A stretch of 64,000 bases of DNA from the human T2T-CHM13v2.0 reference genome, Homo sapiens (GCF_009914755.1 NC_060942.1), one strand, 5' to 3'; counted from the stretch's first letter, positions 30,178 through 44,912 are shown. Notes: a model not told the origin generated them from the sequence alone. Translations and numbers: made by a program.

Positions 30178-31799
30178 GAAGCGTTTACTTTGTATACGTA
30201 TCTTTAGACTGAGCCCCTTGAAGGCAACATCTGCATCATGTTCATGTTAGTATTTTCATAAACAAAATATGCTGGTAAATAGAAGTTCAATATATATTTT
30301 TGAATGAATTATTTTATGATTTGCATTTACCATTTATGGGTGAAATCATGAACTCAAATGCATGTACTATGTGAGATAACATGCGTGTTGGTTTTTATAG
30401 CTTCTCCAAATGTCACAAAACTGTGTATACATATTAACAAGATTTATGTGTACAAGTGGATGGACTTCATGATGATAACCGTTGTTTTGAAGCAGCTTGA
30501 TTTAACATTAATGAATATTCTAGAATGTCATAATTAAAGTCTACAACTTAATTTTTATACTTTTTAATTTGTGTCCTATAAAATATCACCGAGTTATTCT
30601 TGTGGTAAATGTGTTTTTGCTCAAAGTCTTTGTTTTTCAGATTTTATGTTAAGAGTTTTCTTCCTTAATATATTAACAAAATGATACCCAAACTGAATAT
30701 GTCAACCCTTTGTTTTTATAATTAATAGGTCATTAATATATTAAAACTACATCATAACTAGATGCACTTTATTTTAGTCAGGTTTTCACAGCACACTTTG
30801 TTCCTACGCTGATTAGTGTTTTTTTATCCATCCCTCTCTGCACAAAATAATTGCCTCATCAGTTTGTGCTTATTTGAGCTTCAGAAACACAATTAACACC
30901 CCATACATTTTTTCTTTACATTCAGTTGCTTTTAATTCAGCAATGTACAATAAATTCAACAAATAGACTTTTTAAGAATCAGATTACATATAAAAATGTG
31001 ACATCTTAGACTTTACTACAAGAAATAATGTTATTACAAAGATTAAGCTGGAAATATTTAACCTAAGAATCAATATACACTCTTTAATTTATATTCCTGA
31101 GTAAAAGAACAAGAAAAAAACTTCATATACTTCAGAACTTAAACAACCTATGAATATTGAATGAAATCCGATATCAAATAAGTGGAAAAAAAGAATTATA
31201 GTAAACTGAGAGATGGTTCAAGTCAAAGAGGTTAAGAAAGAAAGAACTAAATGATTTGATCTTTGTAATCTGGATACAATTTTTTTACTTTTAGTATCAA
31301 AAACACCGTTTTAAAAATAGAAGTGCTACAGGATAAGATGAAGAAAATAGAACTGAATTATTTATCCCATATGGGTAAGAAATAGCAGATAATGTTTCAT
31401 TCTTGCTGTTTATAATTAGAGTAATTTATATTCAATACCTTGTTTAAAGCTTTGAAATCAGCCATCAAGGAGATTTGAATGTATATATTTTACATCACTA
31501 GAGAAAAATAAGAACAAAAATAAAATCATGAAGCAAAAGAGAAAACAAGTCAAAAAGTATGGAAAGAAAATACAGAAAGGCCTCTCACTTCTCTGCCTTG
31601 CAGTTTAAGATTGCCTGACCCTGGCATCACTGTAACAATTTCAGAAGTCAGAGAACGAGAGACAAACTAAGCCAGTCCCCTTTTAGCTGCGGATGCATTC
31701 ATTCTACAGTTTATTTAAAAAGGTTAGCCCTATAATATCACAATGCTAACACTGCTGAGAGAAACACTGAGTTCTGAGCCAAATTCCCCAAATTCATTT

Positions 31800-32650
31800 T
31801 TACTTTTTTGTTAAAATATATTTTAACTGAAATATTCATACCTGGAAATGCACAAGTGGTAAACATAACCGGCACCGCCCTCGGGCATCGTAACATTAGC
31901 AGGACTGCTCAGAGTGTCCCCTCCCCACCGTCAGTCCTGCCACTGTTCCCTCACCTTTACCAATGTCAAGTCTGTTTTTCTAACTCTGATTTCTTTTTTA
32001 AATGGAATCGCACAGTATGTACCCTTTTGAGTCTGGATTTCTCCCCCTCAATGTTTTGTTTGTGAGCTCGATTCATGCTGTTGTATGTACCAATCATTCT
32101 TTTACTCTCATTAATTTATAGCACTGCATTGCATGACTGTATTGTCAACACCTGGTAGTGTTTTCAGCATGGGACAATAGTTAATAGTACTACTCTCTCA
32201 CTCTCTACCTCTGTCTCTACACATATACGTACGTGCACCCACAGAGAGTGTACACGCATACACATACATACGCACTTGCACGCACAGAGTGCTTTCTGTT
32301 GAATTCATACATAGGACTGGAATTGCTGGCTGACAATGCATGTAAATGTTAAGCATGGGTTCCAGGCACCCTTTCAAAATGATTGCATTCGGTGAAAACA
32401 TATCAAATTAGTGATATGTGGCTATTTTTGATCTATAAGTTGTCATTTTATGAAAGTCCCAGTTGTTCCATATCTTTGCCCACCTGTTATTTTCATTCTT
32501 TTTAAGGTTAGCCATCCTGATGCTGTGTAATTATATTTCACTCTGGGTTTAATATAAATCTCTCAGATAATTAATAAGGTTGAGAAATGTTTTAGTTATT
32601 CATCAGTCATGTGGAGTTTCTCTTTCCCATTTGTATTGCCTTTTTCAGAA
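31800..32650 (-). mobile_element. Old L1ME-like 3' fragment
   Basis: 'aaatggaatcgcacagtatgtacccttttgagtctgg...attcatgctgttgtatgt', 'ggaattgctggctg', 'ttagccatcctgatg'. Confidence 0.55.
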
Positions 32651-33145
32651 GTTTTTGGCAAGAGCATTGGTCAGCTACAAGCTAGTCCTTCAGTGTTGGA
32701 AGTGGACGCCTATGGTGTTTGCTTCTGAAGCATCTCTGTAACAGTCCCTTATCGGTTTCTTCCTGCTGCAACGTTTCTTGTTAATGTTGTGTTTGATGAT
32801 TTTCTAAAACTTCCCAGTTTAAAAACTTTTTTAGATAATGGCCATCCATAAAAGGTCAATAATAGATAATAAATTAGACAAAATATGACCACTTGATGTA
32901 TTATTTTTTCTATTGTTGCTTCTCTGTTTCTAAAAACAAACAAAAAACAAAAACAGGTATGTTTATTTTTAATGATTTCTAAAAAGCTGTAATAACAATA
33001 AAGGATGGAATAGGGAAATCCAGATATTTAGATAAATTATAAAATTGAATTCCTTAACAATTTACCACTAGAAACCATGCTGCAAAGAATAACTAGACCT
33101 TTGAAAAGGAACGTGGTTAAATTAATCTATTTGTGACATTCACTT

Positions 33146-33451
33146 TTTATTATTATCATTTTTTGAGACAGTTTCACTCTTGTTGCTCAGGCAGGAGTGC
33201 AGTGGTGGCATCTTGGCTCACTGGAACCTCTGCCTTCTGGGTTCAAGCAATTCTCCTGCCTCAGCCTCCCAAGTAGCTGAGATTACACGTGCACACCACC
33301 ATGCCTGGCTAATTTTTTTATTTTTATTTTTATTAGATATGGGGTTTCACCATGTTGGCCAGGCTGGTCTCAAGCTCTTCACTTTAGGTGATCCACCCGC
33401 CTTGGTCTCCCAAAGTGCTGAGATTACAGGTGTGAGCCACCATGCCCGGCC
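33146..33451 (-). mobile_element. AluS
   Basis: Full dimer 'gagacagtttcactcttgttgc...gagccaccatgcccggcc'. Confidence 0.95.
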
Positions 33452-34959
33452 AATCAAATATTTTTATAAAATAAAATCAAATGCTTTAGATTAGGTCTTT
33501 TAGCATATTGTACATATTTTTAAGTATCAGCACTTGAAATTTCTGGGAAGTACTATGGAATATTCGATAGGCAGCTTATATTTAGGTGAACATTTTCTAC
33601 GTCATTACTTATTTGAGAGAAGATGCATTCAATTTGGAGCCTATCTGAGGAAGATTCCTTGTAATAATATCAAAAGAAACAGTATATTGTGTGTTCATCT
33701 ATGTGGAAGTTTATAATTTGGGATCCCAATATAATGTCATTAATACTGTCACAACATTTAAAATATGTATTTGTCAAAATAACACATTTAGATTTTGATT
33801 TTGACAGACATATTTATATGTGCATGATAAATTGTACATGATAAAATATAAATTATAAAGTGATAAAACCCAGTTTCAACATTTTTCTAGATAGGGGGAA
33901 TTTCCTACTCACAGAAACAAGTCAATTCAATGTGATTTTTACTTTTTATCACTAGCATATTACCTATTAGAAATATATTTCCTCATAAAACAAATACTTT
34001 TTAATTATTTTGCTGAACTGAATGCCAGTTTGGAATTAAAGTCATTACTTTTAAAATGTAAACATGCCACTGACCTAACATCTAGCTATGATCTATTGAG
34101 ATAAATTATGACTCTATATGATATCCAGGGAGAGAAACCAGTCAATTATGTTAAAACTGATGTCATGATATATTTCTCAATGCATGTGAGTATTATATAA
34201 ATTTGGGGCCTACAGTGACTCTGGAGAAGACAAGGAAGAGGAAATGAGGGTAAAGGAGCCAAAGCTTCCCACATCCGACATCATTCACCTGAATTATCTT
34301 TTCAATCCTTTCTGCCTACCTTATATAGAAAATGTTGTTATGATGCCCATATTATCCATATTACAAATTACAAAATTCAGAATGGTTAATTTTACATAAC
34401 TATCAACTACTAGAACCGGAAAAGAAACTTAAATCTCTTTTTCTGTTTTCTTTATCTTGAATTGCATCACAGTAAAATCTTAGACTAAAAGAAAAAATGA
34501 AGGAAATTAAATTTTTCTTGAAACCCAGGAGACTCTTTACAGTCTCTGTCTCAGTGTTGGCAAACAATAACACAAAACATTTTAAAGCCAAAAATACCTA
34601 CCATCATTAACTTTGAAGTTTGGTTCAATGATGTTCTTGACAACCCCTGAAGTAAATGGAAAGCTAATGTTATATAAAAGAACACTTGCTCTCTCAGCTG
34701 GATTAAAGGCCTGTGATTTTAGAATTCTTAACTATTTTGAGAAATCAAATATTTGGTTTGGTTGAGAACTTACAATGTATTGATTCTCAAGTCTAAGTTC
34801 ATCCAACAGGGTCCACCTCTTATTGCATACATGCTTGGAACAATCACCATCATACATTAGCTATTAAGTGGTAGCTTTGAAGGAAAAGCAATCAAACAAA
34901 CAATAACAAAATAAAACAAATTTAGAGTGTTACTGTAGAATTTGACCATTCAAAAAAAA

Positions 34960-35130
34960 TTGTTTGTAACCACATGCTAGCAGAATGACTTTGGAAAAGT
35001 TACTCTTTTTTTTGCCTCAGTTTCCTCATTAAAGAATATGTTACCCACCCATAGACTGTTTTGAAAATCAAACAAGTTAATAAATGTAAGTTAATTAGAA
35101 CTACTAGACGCATAGCAAGTGTCCAATATA
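34960..35130 (+). mobile_element. MIR relic
   Basis: 'tgactttggaaaagttact...gcctcagtttcctcatt...catagcaagtgtccaata'. Confidence 0.6.
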
Positions 35131-35299
35131 TATGATCTTTTATAATGTTATTGATAAATTTATTTCAATATGCAGTATTTTCCATTGAAGAATTCTCCTT
35201 CTGTCTCCTTTCACACAGCACGTCTTCTTCATTTTATTTTAAGATGAGCAACTGCAATTCACATTATCATACCATATACCATAAAGCTTTAAGTATCTT

Positions 35300-35645
35300 C
35301 TTTTTTATTTTATTTGTTTTTTATTTTTTATTTTTTTTTATTCGGATCTCTCTGTGTCATGCAGACTGGAATGCAGTAGCTCAGTCACAGATCACTGCCA
35401 CTCCGCTTTCCCGGGCTCAAGCAATCTTCCTGCCCCATCCTTCTGAGTAGCTGTAGCTGGTTCCACAGGTGTGTGCCACCACGCCTCACTAATTTTTTTC
35501 TTCTTTTTTTATTTTTAATTTTTTTAATTTTTAGTAGCTATGAGGTCTCACTATGTTGCCCAGGCTGGTCTTTTGGGCTCAAGCAATCCTCCCACCTTGG
35601 CCTCCTAAAGTGCTGGGATGACAGGCGTTAGCACTGCACCTGGCC
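35300..35645 (-). mobile_element. AluJ
   Basis: 'gggctcaagcaatc', 'ggtctcactatgttgcccaggctggtc' AluJ diagnostics; highly diverged. Confidence 0.9.
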
Positions 35646-38600
35646 AAATATTTACTTTTAATGTTTTAGCTTTTTACATTCAAAAAAGGCAGAGCAGTTA
35701 TGGAGAGGGTAGAGAATGAGAGCCTGAATATAAACTCACAAACCTCCACTCTTCTGAAGAAGCTTTACTAAATTTTGAGGCTATTTGAAGTACGGTTTTA
35801 AAATAATTATTTTAAAGAGCAATAAACTTAAAATCTTGCAACCTTGTGGAAATTTCCTTAAAGTTAAGTATAAAGTTCTTACAAAGTGAAGCCTATTGTG
35901 AATAGACTGTCAAATATTTTGAAATTTGGAAGTTAAATTTAATACTTAATATTATTCAAAATATTCATTGAAAATGAACAACGCTTTTTCAATAGTAATG
36001 TCTATAGAGAGTGCTAAAATTTAACAACTTTATCTTTTTATAATTCCTTAACTAGAAAATATGTCTAATTTCTTCACTTGTTGCCATAAAACACATGGCT
36101 ACAAATAGTACGTAATTGACAACACAGAATAAAGCTGAATCCAGTGGTTAGGTATTTGAAGTAAGCACCATAGTATATAACTTATAATAGTTCAGGTCAT
36201 GAAGGACTGTTAGAATTCAAGAACACAAAGAAACAATGGATAAAATATAACAAAAAAGTATTTAAATATATTGATGAACTAAAAAACAAGAGCAGGAAAT
36301 CACCAGGGCTAGAGGAGCTAGTGCGCAGCACTCTTCTGGGAAGATTTGGAGGATGCACAATTTCCTAATGAAGCTCATTTTCGAATGTCCATATAAGGAC
36401 ACAGGAAGGAAAAAGAGTCAGGTTTGAGGCCTACATAAGGAACGACACACCCTCCTGTATGTTCTCAGGAAACCATACATCGGCTCACCTCAAAGTGCTG
36501 GCCCACACGCAAACCTGGGATTATAAAATCATTCCCCTTTGGCCTGGAGAAATGAGAAGAAATTTCCTCGCATGTCATGCCACTCAGATGAAATTGAAAA
36601 CTAAAACCCATCCCACATGTTAACATAGATCTGAAGAGCTTCAGCTCCGTGCAGCAGGACTCCAGCCAACACTGAGTAATGAAAACGAAAACGGTTTCCT
36701 AGATGGTGAATCCCCTAGTTTCCCTGCAGAGGCAAATGTAAAATTAACATAGAGAGAAATTTCCATAATCTGGACACAGAAGTTCCAGGCAAAAAGAAAA
36801 GGCCCGTCAAAGAAAAGTTCCCAGTACAGAAAACTGCTTGTTACATGAGGAAATTAAGAAGTAAAACGAAATGGGCATATGTGAGAACAAAAGGCAATGA
36901 TCACTCCAAGAACGGGAGACAGTAGAGTTGTGATATTTGCTTAAGAGAAAATACTGTCAGAAACTGAAAGATCGAGTTTGAACATTTTTACTATCAAGAA
37001 GGAAATGCCAGTACCTCTCCAAGATGAGATATGAGGGGAAAGGAAGGGGGTGGATTTTAGAGCCACAATCTCATGAATCACCTCTGCTCTCATTTAGTAC
37101 GGCAAAGCCTCCGAGTGTTACTGCGTGGCTGTGTAGGTATCATCGGGTTTGCTGGGCGTGGCCAGCTATAAGACATGGGTGAATGTTTTGGAAAAAGCTG
37201 TCCAGCTGCCTCTGCTTTATACGGGGTGACCCCAAGTTGGGATTGTGTGGCCTGATCAGGCCAGCCCACTGAGGGGCCCAGATCAGGATTTATCATAGAA
37301 TGACTTGATATTCATAAAACATGTTGGACGGTGTCCAGCACATTGTACTTGAGACATAACAATTGGAAAATAAAAACGGCAATACAAGACAATAAAATAT
37401 GTATGCTTAAGATGGAAAACAACGGCAAGAAGAAATAGTAACACAAGATTCAAATGCACAAACTGGGTGTTAAGATTTACTTCAATTTATAAATATAGAA
37501 AAAATAGACACTGGAATCATTGAGTAATCAGTGCTTGCATTTAAGTAGTTTAGAAAATGGAATTGCAAGGTCCTAGGTTGGAAGACAGAATGGAAGAAAG
37601 AATCTCCCTAAAAAGCATAACCCTGAGGAAACTATTTATACCCCATAGATTTATATATTTATCATATATTTCAGCAAATGGCAACAGCATATCTACTTTT
37701 TTAACAAAGGCAGCATATTCTAACAATTTTCTTAGAGAGAAAAAGAAATTTGTTTTCAGAAATGAATGCTTTTTTAAAAAATGCAGGAAAATAAGTTGGA
37801 AATGCTCTGACCAGGTCCTGTGAAATCAATTAATTATCCTCCCATGTAAACTAACTGCTGTTCTCGTAGGAAAGGAGCAGACTTACCTAATTTTTTTAAA
37901 ATGCCAGAGTTTCATTGTAAATGGTCCCAAATCATACAAATCAATATGAAGATCTAATAGGGTAGAAATAATTAGAAATATGTAAGATGTGAAGGAGGAG
38001 AGTGTGTTGAATAATTGGAGAGAAAAAAAAGGATAGAGAAAATAAATAGAAAAATGTGAATGTTAAAAAAAAGAGAAAGATAATGACCAACAGATTTCTC
38101 ATCAGTCAAATCCGATCATTTTGAAAGTGATAATTAAAAACAAAAAGTATAAAATTCAAGGCCTTATGTATTCAGGGAATTATTAAAATTAATGAAATTA
38201 TTTTTCACCCCACTTAACATTGCCGTTCTCTTTCATAAAAACCTGACTTAATGTTTTCTTACTAAATGTAAGTATTTCACTTTCAAAAAAAGAACAAATG
38301 TTCTCTAGCTAAAATAAATAGAAAACAGGAAATGAGAGGCTAATTTTTCAGGGAAATGGCACTGTGCCAGACGGCTCATGTGTTAACAAGAATATTCAAA
38401 TGATCCTCACTGACCCTGGTGGCTTCCTTTCACCCAGATCCCTCAAATGTGACTATTACTTGGAGAACTGTAGGGAGCAGATGCATGAGAAGAACACATG
38501 TTATGATTGCGGCATTAATATCTACCTAATTATATACGTGTTTATAGGACCATTCTAATGAATTTTGACAATTTACAAAACTATATCCTAGTTTACAAAA

Positions 38601-39719
38601 TCAACATCCCCACCCTTCATCCATGCCATGTGCCATGGATCAGCAGAATATCAATCCAAATGCCAAAATTCAATTTTATTCTCGCAGCTTATTTTGCTTG
38701 ACTCTCTGAGACATAGTTAACTTCTCTTTATCTCACATTCCTTTGCCACTAATGAGGATATTACTGTATTGGGTTGCTTAGTGAAACAGTTAATATAAAA
38801 TGATGCAATAATACTTGTCAAAAATGAGGAGCTTTACTGATTAATGAAATAAATAGTGCAAACTACCTGCTTTGTTTCAATGTGATTAAGAGAGTGCTAG
38901 AGATTTGTGAGAGAATATAAGCTATGTGACATGATATAGAAGTTAATGTGGGGACTAGTGGTTAAGAAAGCACATTGGATTCAACTTAATTAGGTGTTTT
39001 TTTCAGTAACCGTGATTTTCTCGTAAAGCTAAAGCACCTTCTTATTCATCCGACAAGACTGCTACTGCCTTGGGGAGAATGTTTTCCAAAATGTCATAGT
39101 GTCATGGACCACTTTTAATGGTTTAAATGAGAAAGCAGAATAAATAGAAATTGATGTATTTATTCCTCAAGTACGTATTGTCTGCCAAATAGTTTCCGGA
39201 CTCATTACTAGCTGCTGGAGAGAGAAAAATACGATGTACTGTGCTCAAGGGCTCCGTGTGGACATGAAAACCAAAATGTTCTTTTCTCCTTTTTTAATCC
39301 CTAAACAGATAAGTCCTTCAAGTTGGGCAGCAGGCACATTCTACAGCACATCAGCAAACCTTGCTTTCAACAGTGTTTACTGTCAAAGTGAGAATCTATA
39401 GAGATTCCTTCCTTAGGCTGAATTTAATTTCAGAAGGTATCAAAGGGTGTGTTCTGGAATATGAGGGCCATGATTTCACAGTGCAGTTGCTACAATGATA
39501 CAAGGTTGTTGTTCTCTTTCAAAATAATCTCTTGAAAACACTGGAAAACATCATTAATAAAATGTACCTTAACCCTATCACTTAAAAAAGTGTATAGAAT
39601 GAGTTGAACATCAACTAGTGCCTCACCTTCTCCTCCCAAAAACATCACTGAGAGATAACACATGACTAACATTTCAAAGCCAAATGTCACTGTGTAAGTT
39701 TCAAGCCTTGATGGAACTT

Positions 39720-41560
39720 GGCTATTTTTAAATAAAATATTTTATTGAGGTACACAATAATAAGTGATCAATTCATACAGTTCAACAGATTGTTACTGCT
39801 AAATACGCCAAGGTAACCACCATAGGGGCAGATAAAGAACAATACCAGCATCCCAGAAGAAGTGCCAGCCACTTTTGTACCAAGAAGAGCTCAGCAAATA
39901 TTTTTCCTATGAAAGAATCAATAAAACTAGACGAAATGGCAGAAACAGTCATTTAAGGTCTCTGAAAATTGACCAAGGTGCATAGAAAAAACTGAGAAGC
40001 ATTTATTCAAGAAAAGATACTGATTTTCAGAACATACAGGGGGCATCAGTGCCATTTAACCAGGCTGTGCTCCCACCCCGCTCCCTCCTCCCCACCCCAC
40101 TGACTTCCATCTCCATGTTGCAGAAGGACTTCTCAGGGCAAGTGGGGCCAGCCATGACAACTGTCAACTCCCAGCCTCGGTTACCTGGAGCTCTGGCTCT
40201 CTGATGCAGCCCTTTATTCTAGCCTCCCACTTTGCTTACTGTAATTTCACTCTCTGTGAGAAATTTGGCACCCACTTTCACAACCCATTTACTTATTGGT
40301 TCAACTCCAGGATCCATGTAAAGCAATTTCAGAAGTTTTAACCATATTTTCATGAGAAAAACATTTACTATGTAGAGTACAATATTTATATACATTTCCC
40401 TTTATCATTGCCATTAGAGTTTCCAGTCAAAACACCCTTTCTCCAAAGTTACTTAGATCAGTGTCTTCTCCCCATGTTCTTCCATGCAGTGATTTCCATT
40501 ATAATTAGACGCATTTGTCACAGTTGACATTCTATCTTGAGATCCCACAATGTCCTGGCTTATTTCTTTTAATAATGTGCATACATTAATGTTTACACTT
40601 TGTGCTATACAATTCTATGCTTTTGTCCAATGCATAGTCTCACATCCACCACTAGGGAACCATTCAGATTTGTTCCAACGCTGTCACAAGTCCTCTTGAC
40701 TTCCCCTTGTCAAACACTCTACTCTCCCGAAACCTTTGGCAGCCACTCATTCATTTTTCATGTCTACAGTTTTGCCTTTTCCAGAATGTCAGATGAATGG
40801 AATCATTCTGAGTGTGTGTGTAGACTTTGTGGTGTAGCTTTTTCCAGTAATCTAACTGCATGTAAGTTTTATTTATGCAGCTGGGTAAATCAGTAACTCA
40901 TTTCTATTTATCTTAGAATAATATTCTTTGCATGGATATGCCACATCTTGCTTATCCATCCCACTGTTTCCACTTTTTTACTATTCTAAGCAAAGCTGCC
41001 ACTGAAATTCATGCAAAAGTCTGTGTAGTCATGTACTTTTACTTCTCTTGGGTAAATACCTGGGAGTGTAATATTAAGATTATATGGTATATGGTGTATG
41101 TTTAAGTTTATAAGAAACTATAAAATTTTTTCAAATGTGGTTGCAATATTTTGTATTCTCCCCAGACATAAGTGAGTATTTCAGTTGCTTTGTATCACCA
41201 CCAACACTTGGTATAATCAGTCTTTTAAATTGTAGTCATTTCAATCAACGTATAGTGATACTTCATTGTGATTTTATCTTGCATTTCCCTAATAACAAAA
41301 GATGTTAAACATCTCTTCATTTATTTGCTTTTCAGCCATATATCTTTTTCATGAAGTGTCTGTTCAAACGTTTTGCCCATTTTTAAATTGGACTGGTAGT
41401 TTCCTTATTAGTGATTTCCAAGAGTGTCTTATACATTCTAAATAAAAGTCTTCTATCAGGTATATGTGTTGCAGACAGTCTCTTTAAGAGAATGAATATC
41501 TCTCTATTCTCCTACTGGTATTTTGAGTAAATTTCAAAATTTGGCATTATCCATTACCTG
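39720..41560 (-). mobile_element. Mosaic of old L1M (L1MC/MD/ME-like) fragments
   Basis: 'ttttattgaggtacac', 'tttgccttttccagaatgtca...ggaatcat', 'ttctcttgggtaaatacct', 'tgcatttccctaat'. Confidence 0.6.
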
Positions 41561-42311
41561 ATGTCCAGCATCATGAAAACTGTTGCACCCTATAATTTGT
41601 CTATTTTTAGACAATATTTGTCTATGTTTATTTATCTGAGATAAATAGAAATGAGTTACTGATTTACCCAACTGCATAAATAACACTTACATGCAGTTAG
41701 ATTTTTAGACAAACTATAGGAATTTTTTTTCTATGTGAATATTTTTTCCCATTTCATAGTTGTTTTCTACACATTGGTGGTTATGTTGATAACACAGAGA
41801 ATAAATCCAGTCCCTGTTTTTTCATTTTGTTTAGAAGTTCTCGTTTGCTACACATTGGTGGTTATGTTGATATTGAGTCCCTCTTTATCTCTGGCATACT
41901 TACTGAATCTTGAAATGTTAGTTTATACAGGGTTTTCTTCAAGTTATCTAGGTATGATAGGTTCTTAATTAAAGGCTTATTACACTGTAAAAATGGTTAC
42001 TCTTTGCCAATTTATTAAACCCTCCCAAGCTTAGTTAACTTTAAATTGACTTATTCCTATCTTTACATATTTGCTCAGTCATTACAAATTCTACAAGCAA
42101 TTGGAACACATATCAGATGCGGATGCCACCTGTGTGGGTTAATCTTGCTCATCTGTCATTCAAAGTAGTTTAAGATGTCCCTAGGCAGTCTTGTACTTAA
42201 TCCTAAATTACTAGCACAGAATTACTATATCAACTAATTATACATTTTAACTATATTAAAAAGTATCATGCTTGGTTTCTCTTCTAGTCTCTGCACTAGT
42301 CTTATTGGTAA

Positions 42312-44135
42312 CTTTTTCAACTTTTATTTTAGATTCAGGGGGGTACATGTACGGGTTTGTTACCTGGGTATATTGCTTGATGTTGAGGTTTGGGGTATGA
42401 ATGATTCCGTCACCCAGTAGCGAGCATAGTACCCAATGGATAGTTATTCAACACTTATCTCCCTTCCTTCTTTCCCCTACTAGTAGTCCCCAGTTTCTAT
42501 TGTTGACATCCTCATGTGCATTAATACTCAAGGTTTAGCACTCACTTATAAGTGAGAACATACAGTATTTGGTTTTCTGTTTTTTGTTTTAATTTGCTTG
42601 GGATAATGGCCTCCAGCTACATCCATGTTGTAAGAAGCATGATTTCATTCTTTTTATGGCTGTATAGTATTTCATGGTGTATATTCACCAGATTTTCTTT
42701 ACGAACTACTGGATATAAACAAAACGTGGTACATATACCATGAAATACCACTTCTTTGTCCACTGTTGATTGGCACCTATGTTGATTCCATGTCTTTGCT
42801 ATTGTGAATACTATTGCAATGAATGTGAGGGGGCATATGTCTTTTTGGCAGAATGATTTGTTTTCTTTTGGATATATTCCCAGTAATGGGATTGCTGGGT
42901 TGAATGGTAGTTCTGTTTTAAGTTATTTGAGAAGTCTCAAAACTGTTTTCCACAGTGGCTGAACTAATTTACATTCCCACCAACCATGTATTAGCATTCC
43001 CTTTGCTTTGCAGCCTTGCCAGCATCTATTGTTTTTAGGCTTTTAATAATGGCCATACTGACTGGTGTGAGATGGTATCACACTGTGGTTTTAATTTGCA
43101 TTTCTCTGATAATTAGTGAATTGGAGCATTTTTCCATATGTTTGTTGGCTGCTTCTTAGTTTTTTTTTGTTTTTTTTTTTTTGAGAAATGTCTGTTCATG
43201 TATTTTGCCCAATTTTAGATCGTGTTGTTTTTTTCCCTGTTGAGTTGTTTAAGTTCCTTATAGATTCTGAATATTAGACCTTTGTTAGACGCATAGCTTG
43301 TGAATATTTTTTTCCCATTTCTTAGGTTGTCTATTTACTCTGTTGGTTGTTTGTTTTGGTGTACAGAGCTCTTTAGTTTAATTAGGTCCCACTTATCAAT
43401 GTTTGTTTTTGTTAGAGTTGCTTTTGAGGACTTAGCCATAATTTCTGTCCATTGATCAATGTCCAGAATGGTGTCTCCTAGGTTTTATTCTAGGATTCTT
43501 ATAGTTTGAGGTCTTACATTTAAATATTTAATCCATCTTGAATTGGTTTTTGTATATGGTGAAATTTAGGGGTCAATTTTCAATCTTCTGCATATGGCTG
43601 GCTAGCTATCCCAGCACTATTTATTGAATAGAGAGTCCTTTCCACATTGTTTATTTTTGTCTATTTTGTTGAATAACAGAATGATGTAGGGGTGTGGCTT
43701 TATTTCTGGGCTCTCTATTCTGTTCCATTTGTGTAGGTGTCTGTTTTTACATCAGTACCACACTGTTTTGGTTACTGTAGCCTTACAGTATAGTTTGAAG
43801 TCAGATAATGTGGTCCTTTGTTGTTTTTGCTTAGTATTGCTTTGGCTATTCAGGCTCTTTTTTGGTTTCATATTCATTGTAGATTAGTTTTTTTCTAAAA
43901 TATTTCTGTGAAAAATGGCATTGTTAGTTTGATAGGAATCACATTGAATATGTAGATTGCTTTGGGCAGTATGGCCATTTTAAGGATATTGATTCTTCCA
44001 GTTCATGAGCATGGAATGTTTTTCCATTTGTTTATGTCATCTGTAATTTCTTTTAGCAGTGTTTTGTAGTTCTCCTTGTAGAGATCTTTCACCTCCTTGG
44101 CTAGATGTATTCCTAGGTATTTTATTTTTTGTGTA
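42312..44135 (-). mobile_element. L1PA15/16-like, 5'-truncated (~1.8 kb)
   Basis: 3' end 'ttttattttagattcaggggggtacatgt...ttacctgggtatattgc...gaggtttggggtatgaatgat' followed by degenerate ORF2 C-terminus. Confidence 0.85.
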
Positions 44136-44912
44136 TGAGCTAGTTTTACTATTGAGTTAGTTCCCAATATGACCATCTTGATTGTATATGATGACAGCCC
44201 ATATATATAATATATGTATAGTATATATGTATACTAACCCACATTTATATTCAAACATCTATAATTGCTTCTGTGTTTATCCATCTACATACACATTGAG
44301 CTAAACTTCAGTTTATGGTGATATCTCTGACTCTAAGGCAGCTTGCATGGGTCATTCTCATTTTTTTCTTCTTGTCTACCTGTAACTTCTCTCTCAGACT
44401 ATGAGAAGCTTGGCCCTTAGAATCTACCCTCCATTTACTTATTAGTTAAACCCACATATATAGGAAAAGTATTTCAGTATTGTAGATCTGTAAATTTTCT
44501 CCATGAGAAAGACACTTACCATCTAGAATGCAGTGATTGTGTGCAGTTCTTTTTGTCTTCTTCCAAACGCCACTGTCCTAAATTATTCATATCAGCTTCA
44601 TCCATACCTCCAACACTCCCTGCTTTCTTCAGCACACTTATGCCTAATATCTATAATCCCATTAGATTCAATTATACAATAGGCATTCTCTTCCATCCTG
44701 GGGTCCCTGATACCTGTGTGTACTTTAAGTTATCATACATTAAAGCTTATTCTTTCTGATATACAGACATGAGTTTGAGGAAATGCAAGCTTCATGCATT
44801 TGTTTCCCCACTCTAAATAATTCCCTGTGCTTGCCCTAGTCAAACACTCGAACTTTCTCAAATCCTTGACAATAACAGATCTATATTTTCTATATTTTGA
44901 ACCTATAGTTTT

